A stretch of 48,830 nt of DNA, counting the filler, from Jimgerdemannia flammicorona (Eukaryota), in assembly GCA_003990765.1 (NCBI GenBank). It is 2 parts of 2 records of this genome, joined end to end, with 100 filler letters (N's around TTAATTAATTAA, not from the genome) between each part and the next. Parts side by side here need not be neighbours in the genome. Positions count along the whole stretch, not along the records: positions 1 to 24,368 come from RBNJ01000984.1; 1 more part is not named here. One strand, 5' to 3'. This document shows positions 1 through 13,555 of the stretch, piece after piece. The notes under the pieces are model-generated. The model worked only from the letters and a program-made list of their open reading frames with translations, made no database searches and was not told where the DNA came from. The translations under genes and the position numbers were made by a program. How positions within the stretch are numbered: the first letter of the stretch is position 1; each line of letters begins with the position of its first letter.

Positions 1-4
1 AAAA

Positions 5-1652
5 ATGCAGCCCATGAAGTGGATCCTCCAGTACCTTTGCGAGCACCCCGACGAGTTCGTAGAATCTCGCAACGAAATCATTTACAGTTCGTACCTTGAC
101 ACTTACACTCACTTACACTTTGCGAATAGTCACGCGTGTATTTTTCATCGCACTGACGCGAAACCCCCCCCCCCCCCCCCCCCCCCACCCCAGCCCTCAT
201 CAACTACCTCACAGACCTCGACCCAGACCTGCCCGCCACTTTCTACCTTCTCATGCACACTTTGCGCGAAGCCCTGCTTGTCGATAAGGATCAGTGCCAC
301 TTCGAGGCCCTGCCCAGCCTTATCGACAACCTGTATGAGGTGGAGGAGAAACGAATGAACTACGTTTGCATGGTGCGCAAGAAGAAGCTGCGGTGCGAGT
401 GCTTGAAGGAAGATTCCAACGCGTTGGAGAAACGCGTAGAACACATCATTGTCGCGTTAAAGAGAGAGGTAGGAAGGGAGCCTTCTAAACCTCTGAGACG
501 AAAGACCCGCAGGATATATAGTATGTTTAAATTTCCTTGTCCTGTCTTTCTTCGACTCAGATCATGCTCCAAGAAATTCAAAAGACGCCCTTCAACGCCA
601 CTAAGTAAGTACCACCCTTTTCGATTTCCATATTAAAACACGTCCCTTGTTCGGTCCTTGAGCTCATCCTTCCCACTCCCATCTTCCGATTCAGGTGTAT
701 TGCGGCCCTTCAATTCCTCTTCCCGCTCTCTCCCAACGACGGCATCGGCGGGCCCCTCCACCCAAGACCAAACTACCTCAAACCGCTAAAGTACACGGAC
801 TCTCCGCGAACTGTGCTGCATGAGCTCATCATCGAAGCGGAGGAAGCCACGAAGGATGAAGCGGACAAGCGGCGGAAGCGAAGAAGGTGAGTTCCCTCAT
901 CTAACATCTACCTAACGGATTTGATCCGTGTGTTCCATCCCCACTTCTATCTGACCTTCCTCTTCATGGTTTCCAACCCAGTTCCACCCGTACTCGCTCG
1001 CCGTCGCCGTCGCCCGCGCGGGCCGACTGTCTCGATCCTCTCGCCAAGTGCGAGGCGCTTCAGCGGCAGAAGGAGCAGATCGGGTGGCAGTCGATCCGCA
1101 AGTCGCTGGCGTCGTACCTGGACACCGTTGACAGGCACGTCAAGGAGATGGAGGCCGCGCTGTTCCCGCTCAAGCAGGAGTACAAGAACATGGGCATCAG
1201 TGAGGGGGAATGTGTACTGGATAGGGTGGGCCTTGTGGTTTTCTTTCGTGTTGCGTTGCTTCGATGTGTCATATGGACCTGTCCTATTCAACTCACCTCA
1301 CACCCCCCACTAGATCCTCAAATACGACCTACACACCTCTGCCCCCCCTTCTCCGATCTCCCCTATCTCTCCCCCCTCCCCTGTGGACACCCACGATCCC
1401 GACTACCATTCGATGGCCCCACTGACGACGTGGCCCATCCCGCTGTTCCCGAACGACACGATGCGCAAGAGGCGTGGCGCGCCCGACTCCGAGGTCGGCG
1501 ACGGCTGCGACTCCATCTCGTCGTTCGTCAGCCCGCGCACCAAACGCTCCAAGCCCGAGAGCGTCGAGGACGCAGAGGAACTCACTCAGCTCACTCAGCT
1601 CACTCACGTCAGTGCCACACCGCCGCCGGCTATTAAGAAGGTTAGGGCGTGA
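5..1652 (+). CDS. Multi-exon hypothetical protein (may be 5'-partial); helical/coiled-coil segments and a disordered basic C-terminus
   Basis: Coding-like frames joined by GT..AG introns (~91-193, ~469-694, ~887-981, ~1200-1313). Exons include LINYLTDLDPDLPATFYLLMHTLREALL, LQFLFPLSPNDGIGGPLHPRPNYLKPLKY, CEALQRQKEQIGWQSIRKSLASYLD and RKRRGAPDSEV..SPRTKRSK. The last-exon frame is ambiguous (stop at 1636 or 1652). No family recognised. Confidence 0.6.
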
Positions 1653-3447
1653 ACCGTGGAAAATATACTACGACAAAATATTTGAAAAAAAAAAAAACTA
1701 AAACCAAAAAAAAAAAAAACAAAAACAAAAAAAAAAAAAAAAAAAAATCCTTGTTTCGGGGCGAAACGGTGCCGGCGTGCGGGGGTTCTATTGCCGACGC
1801 TCAACTTACAAATGCCCGTAGGTTGACCTCTCTTTGTATTTGAGTTCTGCGTTCTGTACGCCCGACTTTCATACGATGAGGTCATGCGTGCTTGATTATG
1901 CACATTATGCGGAAATGAAATGAAATAAGTTAATAAACGTGACATTGTTCCCCATTAACTGGTGGTTGTGATCGACTGAGGAATAATAATCGGTAATGAG
2001 GGGATCTAGATAAAACACTAAAGATGGGCGATAAGAACACAATCCAAATTACCTTCACCTCCATCTCCTCGGCGGCGACCCTTTCCATCTCCTTGGCCCA
2101 CTCGTCCTCACGATGCTGTCAAACCACGTGTTGCGGACGGCCTCCAGCGTAAATGCGCCTCCTAATCGACGCAGGCGGCATGCACAACGGGTCGTATTAG
2201 GTGTGGCGGGACGCAACAGCAACATGGACATGCTCAACCAGGGTAATTAGGGCGAGTGCAGACGAGGTGAGAGAGGAACACGGAACGAGACGATTAGGAA
2301 CGGGATGGCATAAAATGGGGTATCGGTGAATTATCTCAATCTTAAAAAAAAACCTTAAATAAAAAATAAAATAAACTCCGCAACCCTCGATCAATCTGTC
2401 CCCCTGGCTTGCCGATGTGCTGCAGGAGCTGCTGCTGGCGGCCTCGGAGTGTTACTGCAGGGGCACCCGAGCTCGCGTGGGCCGATCGTCACGCGGTGGT
2501 AGAGCGGTGCAACCGTGCTACAGGTGAAGGGCAATCAAACAACAATAAACATAGAAGCATCTTATGATCACAAAAACGCACCAGGAAAAGCAAACAAAGG
2601 ACTGGGATACAAAGAAAGAAGCAGCAGAAGAATGACAAACAAAACAAATGAAAAGAGATACGACATAACCATGATTCAGGTCGTGCCAAATGCACATCGG
2701 CGAGTGGCATTCTTGTTTGAATTATTCTAGTTGCCCCACCCCCTTTGTGGCATGGCAGTTGTGCCATGTATGGACTCTGTCGCAAACCAACTACGGTTTC
2801 TGAAGAGGTTACGGTAATGTCTGGTGATGACCATTGTGACCTCTGTGGATAATCAGTGTTCTGCAGCTAATTATCAGTCTACATTCTGCTGTTAATTGTC
2901 TCCATTAGGCGGTCTGCACAGGGCCTTCTAAATGGTAGGAATCATGAATATCGAACGACAGAATGACATTCAATTGCAGAAGGGAAAACGATGACGTCCA
3001 ACCACTATTAGACCACAGGGCACCTAATCATTAGATAGCAATTCCTTTCATCCCTTGTAATCATAATTAGGTGCGAATATGACAATTTGCAAAAATTATA
3101 GAACGACGACAAAGAGAATGGTATTAAAAAATCAAAAGCCCTATCCACAAATGTATCAAAGTCTTTCGATGATGGAATCTATTTGCACACAAATGCATTT
3201 TTCTATGTAACCGGTTTCGTCCTTAAGGGATTCATCAATTGGTTTACAGCAACCGAGACCGGTATAAGATACCAGTTAAAAGAAATTCGGTAGACGCTCA
3301 TTATACAAGATTCACCACGTTAATACGAAATACTTACTGTGCATGGAAAGGAGGGGGCAGTATTTAATACGTGTAGAGTGCGCATGATGGAATCCCTTAC
3401 AACGTTTGCTGCACAATTGGCCAAACGGGTGGGAAATCATCGCAAAG

Positions 3448-3660
3448 GTGACGTCACGCGAATGTCGTGTCGTCACGAATGGATTTGCAAAGAAGATACG
3501 TGAGAAAGGTCTTTACAGTAGTGTACTGGTCGCTTTAAAGGTGGAAGCCACAGTATATTAGTGAGACTACTTGCCAAGTACAATTCCTGGTCAAGAAGAA
3601 AAAAAAAAAAAAAACTTCTCTTTTCCACCTTATCTTCAGCCAAAAGGATTGTGACGTCAC
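3448..3660. promoter_or_regulatory. Two perfect GTGACGTCAC (CRE/ATF-type bZIP) palindromes upstream of the UGT start
   Basis: GTGACGTCAC at 3448-3457 and 3651-3660; the ATG is at 3687. Confidence 0.45.
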
Positions 3661-3686
3661 CAGCCGACCGTCCTTTCGTTAAAACC

Positions 3687-5753
3687 ATGCCTACACTCCT
3701 GAACTTGCTCGTGTGTCTGTTCGCGTACTTTACCGTAACATGCGCTTTGACCGTAACAGAAATACCGAGGGAGCGGATGATTGTGCTCGTCCACTCAACA
3801 ATCGCGTCCAGCTCACACGTCCGCCCTCTGGCCGACCTTGCCATCCTTCTACACCAACGTAACCATTCCGTCATCGTCGCTTCCTTCGACAACGTCCTAG
3901 ACAAGTTCGATACTGAGGAGCACGGTTTCGAAAAGATCTCGTACGTACATTTTACAGTCTCGTTACTTCTAACTCCTCACGCTCACCCCCATCCATCATC
4001 TCACTAGCTTCGGCCCCTTCCAGCCGCCCTTCACCGATCCCACCGACGCCACCATGCACCCAAGTAACCTAGCAGGCGACGCGGCAGACCTGAGCGCCAT
4101 AGTGAAGGCGCGCAGTGAGCTCATGGCTTATGAGTACAGCGCCATTTTCGAGGGGCTCAAGACCGTCATGCAAGATCGCCACCCAGACATCGTCTTGACA
4201 GACTGGGGATCCGAGTCGTGTATGGACGCCACCGCCGTCATGAAGGTGCCCATCGCCCTTGTTGCTTCGAATTTCCTGTACGGTATGTGGAAGAGATGAA
4301 GGGGGACCCCTTTTTTTTTTTTTTTTTTGGCCAACTCACCAATCGACTTACCAATCCTCGGAACTCAGAAATGACCCCCTACCAAACAACATTTACTGCT
4401 GCCATCTTTGACCCTGACCTACCGCCCACGACGGAAACTCTCTCGTTGTGGAGGCGTCTCGAGCTGTCGATCCTATCGCCTCTTCTGGGCATCGTTGACA
4501 TGCACCTACTCATGGGCGAGCTAGAGACCTTGCGCCGAAAGCACGGCGTCCCACCAGATCTGCCATCCTTCGACGAGTCGCAAGACGTGCTGCAACTCAT
4601 CAACACGTTTTTCGGGTTCGAGGCAGGTATTCGCGTTTTTGTTTTGATGGGCAAAGTATTAAAACAGACACAATCTAAGCCATCCTTTCACCCGCCCCCA
4701 CCGATGTTAAACACACTACAGCCCGCTGTTCCTCTCCCCCCCAACGTCCACGTTGTAGGCCCGATCCTCTCGGATACCTACCCCGACCTCCCGCTCGACC
4801 TCTCAACCTTCCTATCAACCAAACGGTTCGTAGTTTACGTGGCTTTCGGCGGCGGTGCGGCACTGAGTGGGCCCATTGTGCAGTTGATTTTGGACGGGTT
4901 GCTTGGGCTGCTGGACGACGGGATTATTGACGGGGTCGTGTGGGGGTATGGCATGACGGATCCGCAGAATTTTCCGATGGAAGTGGTCATAAGGGGACGA
5001 AGAGTGACGAGGGAAGAGATGATGGAGAAAGAGAAAGGGGAAGGGCGGCAGGATTATGTGAGGCTGATGAAGTGGGTACCGCAGTTTGCAGTGCTGGCAA
5101 CCGAGTGTGTAAAGGTGTTTGTGAGCCATGGGGGAGCGCAGTCGTCACATGAAGGTAGGCCCCCTTTGCTTCCTCAAAATTGACGAGGTGAACTCAATCC
5201 AATTGACCAACCAATTCTTCCTCTGCTCTTCTCTATTCCATCTCCGAACCCAGCTCTCTTCAATGGCAAACGCCTTCTTGTGATGCCCGTGACGGCGGAC
5301 CAGCCGCGCAATGCGCACAAGCTCGTCCGCGCCGGCGTGGCCCTGCGCCTAAGCCATCACAACCTGACTTCGAGCGAGGTGCGTGAGAAAGTGACAGCAC
5401 TGGTGCAGGACCCGACGGGAGGGTTCGCAGAGGGGGCGCGGCGGTTGCGCGAGCTGGCACAAGTCGGGAGTAGGCGAAAGAGGTACGCGGCCGATCTGAT
5501 CGAGGAGGTCGTGTATGCATCTAGGGTCGGCGAGGAAAAGAAGCTCGAGTGGCTGGAGACGGCGGATAGAAGAATGCCGTGGTGGAAGGCGAATAATGTC
5601 GATTTGTGGAGTTTGGTGGTGGTAGTGGTGGTGATAGTGGTTGGGGGGATGGGGTGGTTTGTAGTCTGGATAGGTAGGTGGGCGCGGAAGCTGGTCGGGT
5701 TAGGGAAGGAGGATGCAAGGGTGAAAGAGGGTACAAGGGTTAAGGAGGAATGA
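3687..5753 (+). CDS. Membrane-anchored UDP-glycosyltransferase (GT1 / UDPGT family), about 5 exons
   Basis: Signal peptide MPTLLNLLVCLFAYFTVTCA; catalytic-His motif SSSHVRPL; PDIVLTD; VVYVAFG; UDPGT signature WVPQFAVLATECVKVFVSHGGAQSSHE..MPVTADQPRNA; C-terminal TM LWSLVVVVVVIVVGGMGWFVVW followed by a basic tail. Introns ~3942-4007, 4283-4368, 4627-4720, 5155-5252. Confidence 0.93.
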
Positions 5754-5973
5754 TTTCTGGGTGTATATATTTTATTTATTTTGAGAGAGAGGAAAGGTTA
5801 TAGATTGTTGTCCTAAACTCGACTATATTTTTATTCTTGACATCGATGGACGGGGTCTGAAATGTATATACATATTTGTCGACATGCCAAAAACCCAGTC
5901 ATATCACGTTCCCCACGTGACACCCATACCTATAGCGAATCGAGGGATCTTGAAAGTTGGAAAACTCTCACCC

Positions 5974-6886
5974 ATGCGAGTTATACTATCACTTCCCCTG
6001 GGTATCCTCGCGCTAGCCTTCGGATCAGCATCCTGTGCTGACGAGGCAGCATCGATTAATAACGGTAGGATTTCAATACCCATTTTATATTTTATGATCA
6101 CTGTGCCGTTCACATTTCTCACTTACCCAGCAGCACCAACCCCGAAGCTCCAGCGGTGGCAGGGTCCCGTCGTCCTCCCCGGCGATCTGCGGCCACCCAA
6201 CGCCCTAACGATCAGGTACGCCTGCAAACGGATCCGCTTTCACGCAATCCACCCAACCTTCTTAACGTTCACCCCCCCACTTTCCAGCCACTATTGCCGC
6301 ACACGCTTCGGCAGCGCCACGGCGTTTCCGGCCGAAACCGTCCCACTCCGCCTCTCCGCCGCGTGCGGGACGTGTGTCGATCCTGCAGTGTGCGAGGACG
6401 AGGAGGCGACGGCGTCATTGGTACCGCCGGCGGCGGCGGCGGCGGCGGAGGCGAAGGAGGAAGAGACAAAGCGGCATGAGTGTGCCAACAAGTATATGGT
6501 CAAGATTGGGGATGTGGCATGGCGGATCGCGCGGAAGTATGAGGTTACGCTAAAGGAGTTGGAAGGTGCGTTTTATGAGAGGGTCAGTGGGAGAGGTTTC
6601 GTTGCAAGAAGGGTTGCTTGTTCTATTTGTCACGCGGCGCCCTCCTACATGTCGCATCACGTTTCTCACACTCACCAACCCTCTCTCTGCTCATTCTCCT
6701 CTACCTTCCCGAAAACCAGCCGCGAATCCTGGCGTCAATCCGTATAGCCTCCCGATCGGGGTTGTGTTGTGCGTGCCATTCAAACAGAAGACAGCCCCTG
6801 GCAAATGGGGTGTCAAGGCCGCGCGGGACGCATACAAGGAGAAGGAGGCGAGGGCGAAAGAGAAGGGTACTAGTGGGAAGGCGTAG
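5974..6886 (+). CDS. Secreted LysM-domain protein (one clear C-terminal LysM)
   Basis: Signal peptide MRVILSLPLGILALAFGSASCA. LysM CANKYMVKIGDVAWRIARKYEVTLKELE|AANPGVNPYSLPIGVVLCVP is restored by splicing intron 6566-6719. Further introns at ~6065-6130 and probably 6216-6287. Confidence 0.88.
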
Positions 6887-8134
6887 TGGAGAGTCGGGGG
6901 GCCCTCATTCGCACATGCCGGCCTCTACATATACTGAAACGGTCAGGGTTGCATTCGCTCGCGGCACACATAATAAGAGTGACGAGTGTGTTTTATAATA
7001 AAATAAAATAAATAAAAAAAGAAAAAAAACGTCCATGGCCCGCTGATTATTTAGAGCGCCCAGTCCCTTCGCCATGCCACTATCCAAGCTCAGCCTTTCG
7101 ACCTTGCCCAGCCCTAAGCGCTATGGTGTTAAGGGGAAGACGCCAGCTTATCTCTACTAGTTTTGACCCCTCTGCCAGGGTTATTTCATTGGCCAATAGC
7201 GATGACGTCAGGAAATCTGGCGGACCCGAAATACCGTGGAGAAATCCTCCATACAAAAGGTTACCGACCTCCCCAACACAGCAATCGAGAACCTCGAGGA
7301 GATACACCCGAGCCATAATGCCATCGAACGGTTATTCATTTATAGCTGAGTGAAGCACTTGAGGAATTTTTATTATTCTCTTTTATCGTAAAAATTTGAA
7401 TGATCGGATCGATGCAACGTAGGTATATTTTTCCTGCGTAGGAAGTAGGGTGGTGGGGGCTTTGGATGGACATTGGCTCTGTAGGGGGTTGCTGTGTAGT
7501 GTCTAGGTATGTGCGATCGAGGTGCGCACCATGGCAAGACGGCCGCGGAGAAGGTGGAAATGGGGTTGTGTCGAGGATGTAATCTCGTAGACGGCTTGGC
7601 ATGGTAACATTAAATGTGACATTTTCAACAGCCGTCAACGGACATACGCTCGTAACTATTTCCAATCATTGCACGCGCGCAGCTGTCGTCTCTTTATGTT
7701 AGCGGAGCGGCTATTACACGTACGTTAGTTAGTTAAGCGCTCAAAACTAGTCGCCAACCAATAATAGTTGATCGCAGCGGTCGTTCAAGATAAGTTTAGC
7801 TCATTACTTCGGTTATTAAGTAGTCTCTGATTCTGAATTATTGCGCGTAAACTCAAGCCATATGTGCGTTCTCGAATGAATTGTTGCTGTGAATGGTGTT
7901 GATGGCCCTTCCTGCTACCAGGGGAAGTGTAAAGACATGAGTATATATTCCGTGTCCCCGGGGCGACACAGGAGTGGGGAAATGGCCTAAAAGTTACTAA
8001 TTTTATTGATTTCTCCGATTTCAAACTTCCGGCATACTTGTCAGTATATTTTATCACCGGCACTTCATAGTTTTCATATATATGCACCCGCCTTGCCTTA
8101 TGCGGGGTTTTGATCAAAATATAGCCACTTTAAC

Positions 8135-10630
8135 CTAATGCTTGGCTGCGCTACGAGAAACCCCATAGTGATCGCCTGCTTCATCCAACAATCCCTCGAC
8201 AACCGTCAACCTCTTCACCAGACTCGCCGCGTTATACGGAAATCCCCTAGCGCCCACCGCGGACCTTAGCCTAGCTAATACCCGAACCACTCTTCCCACC
8301 ACCGCCCGTTCCGCACCCTCCTCTTCGTCCATATCCACATCCTCGTCCTTGTCCTCATCCTCGCTTTCGTCCTCGTCTTCCTCCCTTTCCTTCTCCTCCT
8401 CAGACTCGCTCTCCTTGCTCGCAAGCTTCGCACAGCAAGTCCTGAACGCCGGAAGGTCGTGTTCGAGGTACCGGAGGTAGAGCAGCAGAAACTCGAGGAA
8501 GGAGGGCGTCTCGGCCGAGATTAGGAAATCCAAGAGGATGGTGTGGTCGAAGCCCGTCTTGTGGAGGAGGTGGAGGAGAAGGTCGTGCGGGCCGCAGCTG
8601 AGTGGGGGACGGAGGGGCGAGGAGAGGCGAAAAGCGAGGAGAGTGCTGAATGGAGTAAGAGAGGATTAGAACAAGAAGGGGAGTCGAAGTTTCTGCGGAA
8701 ATATTTTCGGGGAAGACCTGTATCTCTACTATGTGCTTTTGTGAAGAAAGAAATATGAATAGATTGTATCAAACCCAAAGCTTACCTCACATAACCATCC
8801 TCATCACGACCGTCTACATTGTAACATAATTCTTCCATGCACACCAGCCTTTGCGCCGAATACCCTTCTCGTGCCAACAATTTCTTCGACAGAGTAGCGA
8901 TCCGGACCACCTGAAGTTGTAAGTCGACGAGATCGCCATCATTGTTGCCATAAAGGTCAAAGAGAAGATCGTGCAGGTGGGATTGCGGAATTTGCGAAAT
9001 GTCTGTTCAAAAGAGCGATGGTATTGGGATGATATAGACAACGATGAGTCGGCATAATCAATGCATTCAGCCCAAGCAACGTAGCCCAAACCCACTCACC
9101 CGCCCACAATTCCGCCACTCTCGCCCATCCGGCATACAGCTCCCTCAACCGCTCGCGCCTTTCATTTGCTTCCTTCGCGCTCCATACACCATGCCCCTCC
9201 ATACCCTGCAGAACAGATAGCGCGCACGCGACGTACACGTGCACCACGCGCCTCACGCATTCCCGGTCGAATCCGGCATTGGCTTTGTCGTTCGCAGTGG
9301 TTGGTGGGGGGGCGTGACAAAACTCGCATCGGTCTGGCGCGCATATCATGGCGAGAGTAGCGGGGGTGAGGTGGTGGTGCAGCCTGACGGTGTAAGGGTG
9401 AAGGTTGATTTGGATGGATAGGAGCTTTTTCACGGAGAGGGATCACGTTGAGTTGATGAACGTACGAGGACATATGCAATTGAACATGCGCCACTATAGG
9501 AATGATGGTTCTTACCGTGGATAGATTAGGCTGATTCTTTGCGAGGAGGTGCATTAGTTCTAGCACTTTCCTCGTGATGACGATGTGCTTGCTGCCCATC
9601 ATGCTCGATATCTTGAGAGATGGCATTCCCCAATCAGTGGTCAGTCGAAACGGCAATCAGACATGGTCCGAGATTTGACAAACGAAAATGACGACCACCT
9701 GTTCCAGGTTCTGCACCACAACTTGGACGATGCCCTCGATGCTTTCACGGAAAAAAATATAGTCGTCTCGCTCCTCTTCCCGGCTTGTTTTATCTGACGG
9801 CAACAGCGTGTGGATTTTCACAATATCTACGAGAAAAACGATAAGCGGGATCAATATCATCTACAAAAGGTTCAAGACGCACTCAAATGTGAGTTTCAAT
9901 TTCTAGACACGAAAACTAACAATGCACGAGCAAGGTCAAGTAAACTCCGCGCAGACCATACCACATCCTGCAACCCTAGAAGCAGTCGAATCCACGCCGT
10001 CGGATCCCTGCCGAGAATACGAACGACAAGCGAGTACGCCGCAGAACGTTGCGACAGATCGCATGGGACATCTTGCGATTCTGACGTTGCCCGAAACGTC
10101 TTGCGAAATGACTTGAGCACCGCGTGGAATAGCTCCAACGCGGCTGCGCGCGTGGTCGAAAGTGGAGTTGATAATGGGTGGAGGAGATTGTGGAATTGAT
10201 CTGCCAGAAGAGGCGCGATCGGTTGTAGTGTATTGGTGAACTCCTAGGGGAAAAGGTGACGAAAGGTTACACGGGTAGGTAGATAAATGTTTGATGATCA
10301 GTGTGTCGGGCATATACCTCAATGTGGTCGTCGTGATATGCGATCAGGTGCTTCAATAGGATGCCGACTCTGTACACAACGAATTTGTCTCGCGCGCAAG
10401 AGAGGTCGGACTATTGAGGAGCGTGAGCTTGGGGTGAACCTTTGGTAGGGCAAATGTTGGGCATGATTGATACTGGACCAGTGAAGGAGACTCACGAGCT
10501 CTTGGTGACGCTGTAGCAATTGTTGGTAAGTCTGGTAGGTAGTTTCATTGTTGGGGTTCTCAAAAATGGTTGCGATACGGGTGAGGGCAATGGATAGTTG
10601 GAGGGGATTGTTTGTCGCGAGAGTATCCAT
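8135..10630 (-). CDS. LINS1: Protein Lines homolog (Lines_N and Lines_C domains), multi-exon
   Basis: Last exon PHDLLLHLLHKTGFDHTILLDFLISAETPSFLEFLLLYLRYL ... acidic insert ... GFPYNAASLVKRL matches the Lines C-terminal motif. An upstream exon TILFDLYGNNDGDLVDLQLQ resembles Lines_N. ATG at 10630 (MDTLATNNPLQ). Confidence 0.8.
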
Positions 10631-10779
10631 CAATTTTGTGTGGCGAAGTTTATTAAAAAGTTACCTTAAGACCATTGGTACCATTTTGATCATTGTCCGT
10701 GATACCGTGATGTGATATCGCTACTCCGAGACATCCGAGACAGTGGATTGTATATAACCATTTGGGAGCATATTATTCC

Positions 10780-11120
10780 AATATTTGAATAATAGATCTT
10801 TGAATATTATTTATTTTAAAATAATGAGATTTTAAATATTTATATAATCTATTTATATAATTTATATTTGCATCTTCTATGTATATGTAACTATAAAACA
10901 AAGTATTACCTAATATTAAAAATAAAGTAATTTATTATTTTAATATATATAAAGTTTTATAATAATATATTAAATGATAAAAAATATAATATTAGTTTAT
11001 CATAAACTATTATAACTCGTATTTTATAATAATAATAAAGATAAACCAGTAAAGATATAACATTATTCTATATAATTATTATAAATAAAATTCCAAAAAA
11101 TAATAATTTAAGACTTAAAG
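10780..11120. other. Very AT-rich island in the divergent intergenic region; probable decayed TE relic
   Basis: Abrupt shift to near-pure A/T with almost no CpG, resembling the decayed blocks at 34230-35400. Confidence 0.4.
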
Positions 11121-11936
11121 AAGGACAGGGGCAAGAAAAGAAGCTACAGCTAATAGTCAAGCAAAACTTCTCACCAACAATTCGTTTTATCATTAAAATC
11201 ATTTTTATTTTGGTAGTTTTTAGACAACTTATTATATCAAAACGATTACAACACTCGTCAGTTATGGAGAGAATAAGCGAGTGGACGAAATCTTAGAGAA
11301 AGGGGGGGGTTTTTTTTCTCACCCCTTGAACCAATCAACCACTGCAGCGGTAGTTTGATTGGTAAAAGCCGCAGAGAGTCGCTTGGCATCATCCTGTCGA
11401 GTTGGCTCATGATATGTAGCTACAATAATGGCAATCGCTCAATGTCACCAGAATAATCAGTACCGTTCGGACCGGGCCCGAAAAGTATGTCCCAAAAATG
11501 GGTTTCTCCTCCTGCTTTATCCAATATTTAAAGGGTCGAGACCATATTTAACAGAGGGCTTACGCAAGGCTGGAGTTTGTAGCTTGATCAGCAATTGGCA
11601 TTCAGGCTGTGGTAGCGGATCGATGGTTCCGCGATGTCCTCCGAGCCCCGTGCGTGAGGGACTACAACATTATTGCGGATTGGCAGCATGGGTAACACGA
11701 CAATTTCCATTTCTTGAGATTTCCACGGAGGGGCGGCTCAATCGGGGGGGCACGGGTCAATCGATGGGGAATGCACCAACAGCCATCACCGAGCAACGAT
11801 GATCTGTACCACCAGTTGTTATAGACACTGCTGATCTGTATTACTCTCTCCGCTCTAAAACATCAACATAACCACGCTATCCGTAAATCCTCTAGCGGTC
11901 AATGGTGCCGCCGTCCGTCCGCCCTAGCTTAGAACA

Positions 11937-13510
11937 ATGCGAAGCCTCACCGAACTCCCCCCCATCCTCCTCTTCCAGTTCCTACTTTACCTCACCCTTA
12001 TCATCTCCCCGGTAACATCACAGTACGACGGCAACCAACCGCAGCGTTGGGATCTCGTTTCCGACCGCCACCATGGACAGACCTACCGTCCCTACACGCC
12101 GGAATCCACTACCAACACTAAGCGCTCCCAAGCTTTCACCCCTAACTACGAGATCCAGTTGCACGACACACGCTACACCATTTCTCGTATAGGCGAGGGA
12201 GGCACTAGGGGCAAACCTCACAACGGCAATGACTATGACTACGACCACCATGGTTTGGGATCGTACAACCTGGTGGCAGATCAAACATCGTCGACAAGAG
12301 GCAGGCCCACGGCTACAGCGGGGAGCTCGTTCTATCAGCCCCGCGCCCGCCAAAATACTACGGACTCCAAGGTGTACATCAACATCACAATATCGCTAAT
12401 GTGTGATTATGGAATCGAAAATACAGATTTTTGCATTCAGAAGGTGGCAAATGCCATTGCGAGTGCGGCCATGTACTTAAACTCAGTGGTGAATCTGATG
12501 ACCCCAATAAAGTGAGTGTATGCGTGTAGGTTGGGAAGTTTTGGTGGATGCATATGTATTGAGGACACGTATGGAGAATTGGAGTCGGTGAACTTGACAT
12601 TTTCTAAACGCATTCAAAAATAACTTTGGAAAGCAAAATAATAATAATAATGTACTGACTCTTCTTTATCTATGTAACATCTCTTTCCCTCACAAAAAAA
12701 AAAAAAAAAAAAAAAAATCATCTGCAGAGTTTGCGCAACATATTGTAGCTTCTGCACCAACGGCTGTTCAAACAACACTCTCGGATGGGCCGCTCCGGGC
12801 TCGCAAGTACGTTCCCCTACATTCATTACCTCCCTAACCTTTGTTATCTCCACGTTTAACCGTCATATTTCGCCCCCTCCTCTCGCAGTGGACCCTCCCG
12901 AATCTTGCCAACGTCGACCCCAACTACCTTTACCCGCAGTCGCTTGCCAAGCAGTTGGTACCGTTTAACATATCGATGAACTGGAACGAATGCGACATTA
13001 TCGCCGAGTTCAACCATGACGCGTACATGGCCGGTATCAAGAACGCGCCGATCGTAACGAGCGACGTCACGAACACGACGAACACCACGAGCGTGAACCT
13101 TATCCCATCGGGCGGGCTATTCTGGTTTTCGGTATTTGTTTATTTATTTATTTGTCACTATTATTATTTCAAGGGAGAGGTGGTGGGACGGGAATGTGGG
13201 AAAATCAGGAAAAGGAACGTCATTTTGTTGTATTGGAGAATATATTGTATGTGAATGTTCTGTGAATGCTGGGAGCGGGAAGCGTTGTCGGTACAGCGGT
13301 AAAAATGGGCATTTGCCAACGTCTCGGTTGCTCAATTTGATGCTGCAACTTTTCTTTAGAGCGACCCACAAATTCGGTCGGATCAGGTCGACATGAAGTA
13401 TCTAATTCTGCACGAACTCATTCATGGCTTTGGTTTCATCAGGTATTATGAGATCAAATGAGACAAAATGGCGTGCCTTGAATTATTATTATTAAAATAC
13501 TGTAATTAAC

Positions 13511-13555
<45 letters not shown>

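Noticed and set aside
1685..1747. Long A-rich tract, and the poly-K/P/F peptides in the ORF track
   Set aside because: Homopolymer runs in UTRs and introns are common throughout this genome; they are not coding.
1900..2790. Short minus-strand coding-like pieces
   Set aside because: No consistent exon chain or recognisable motif could be assembled.
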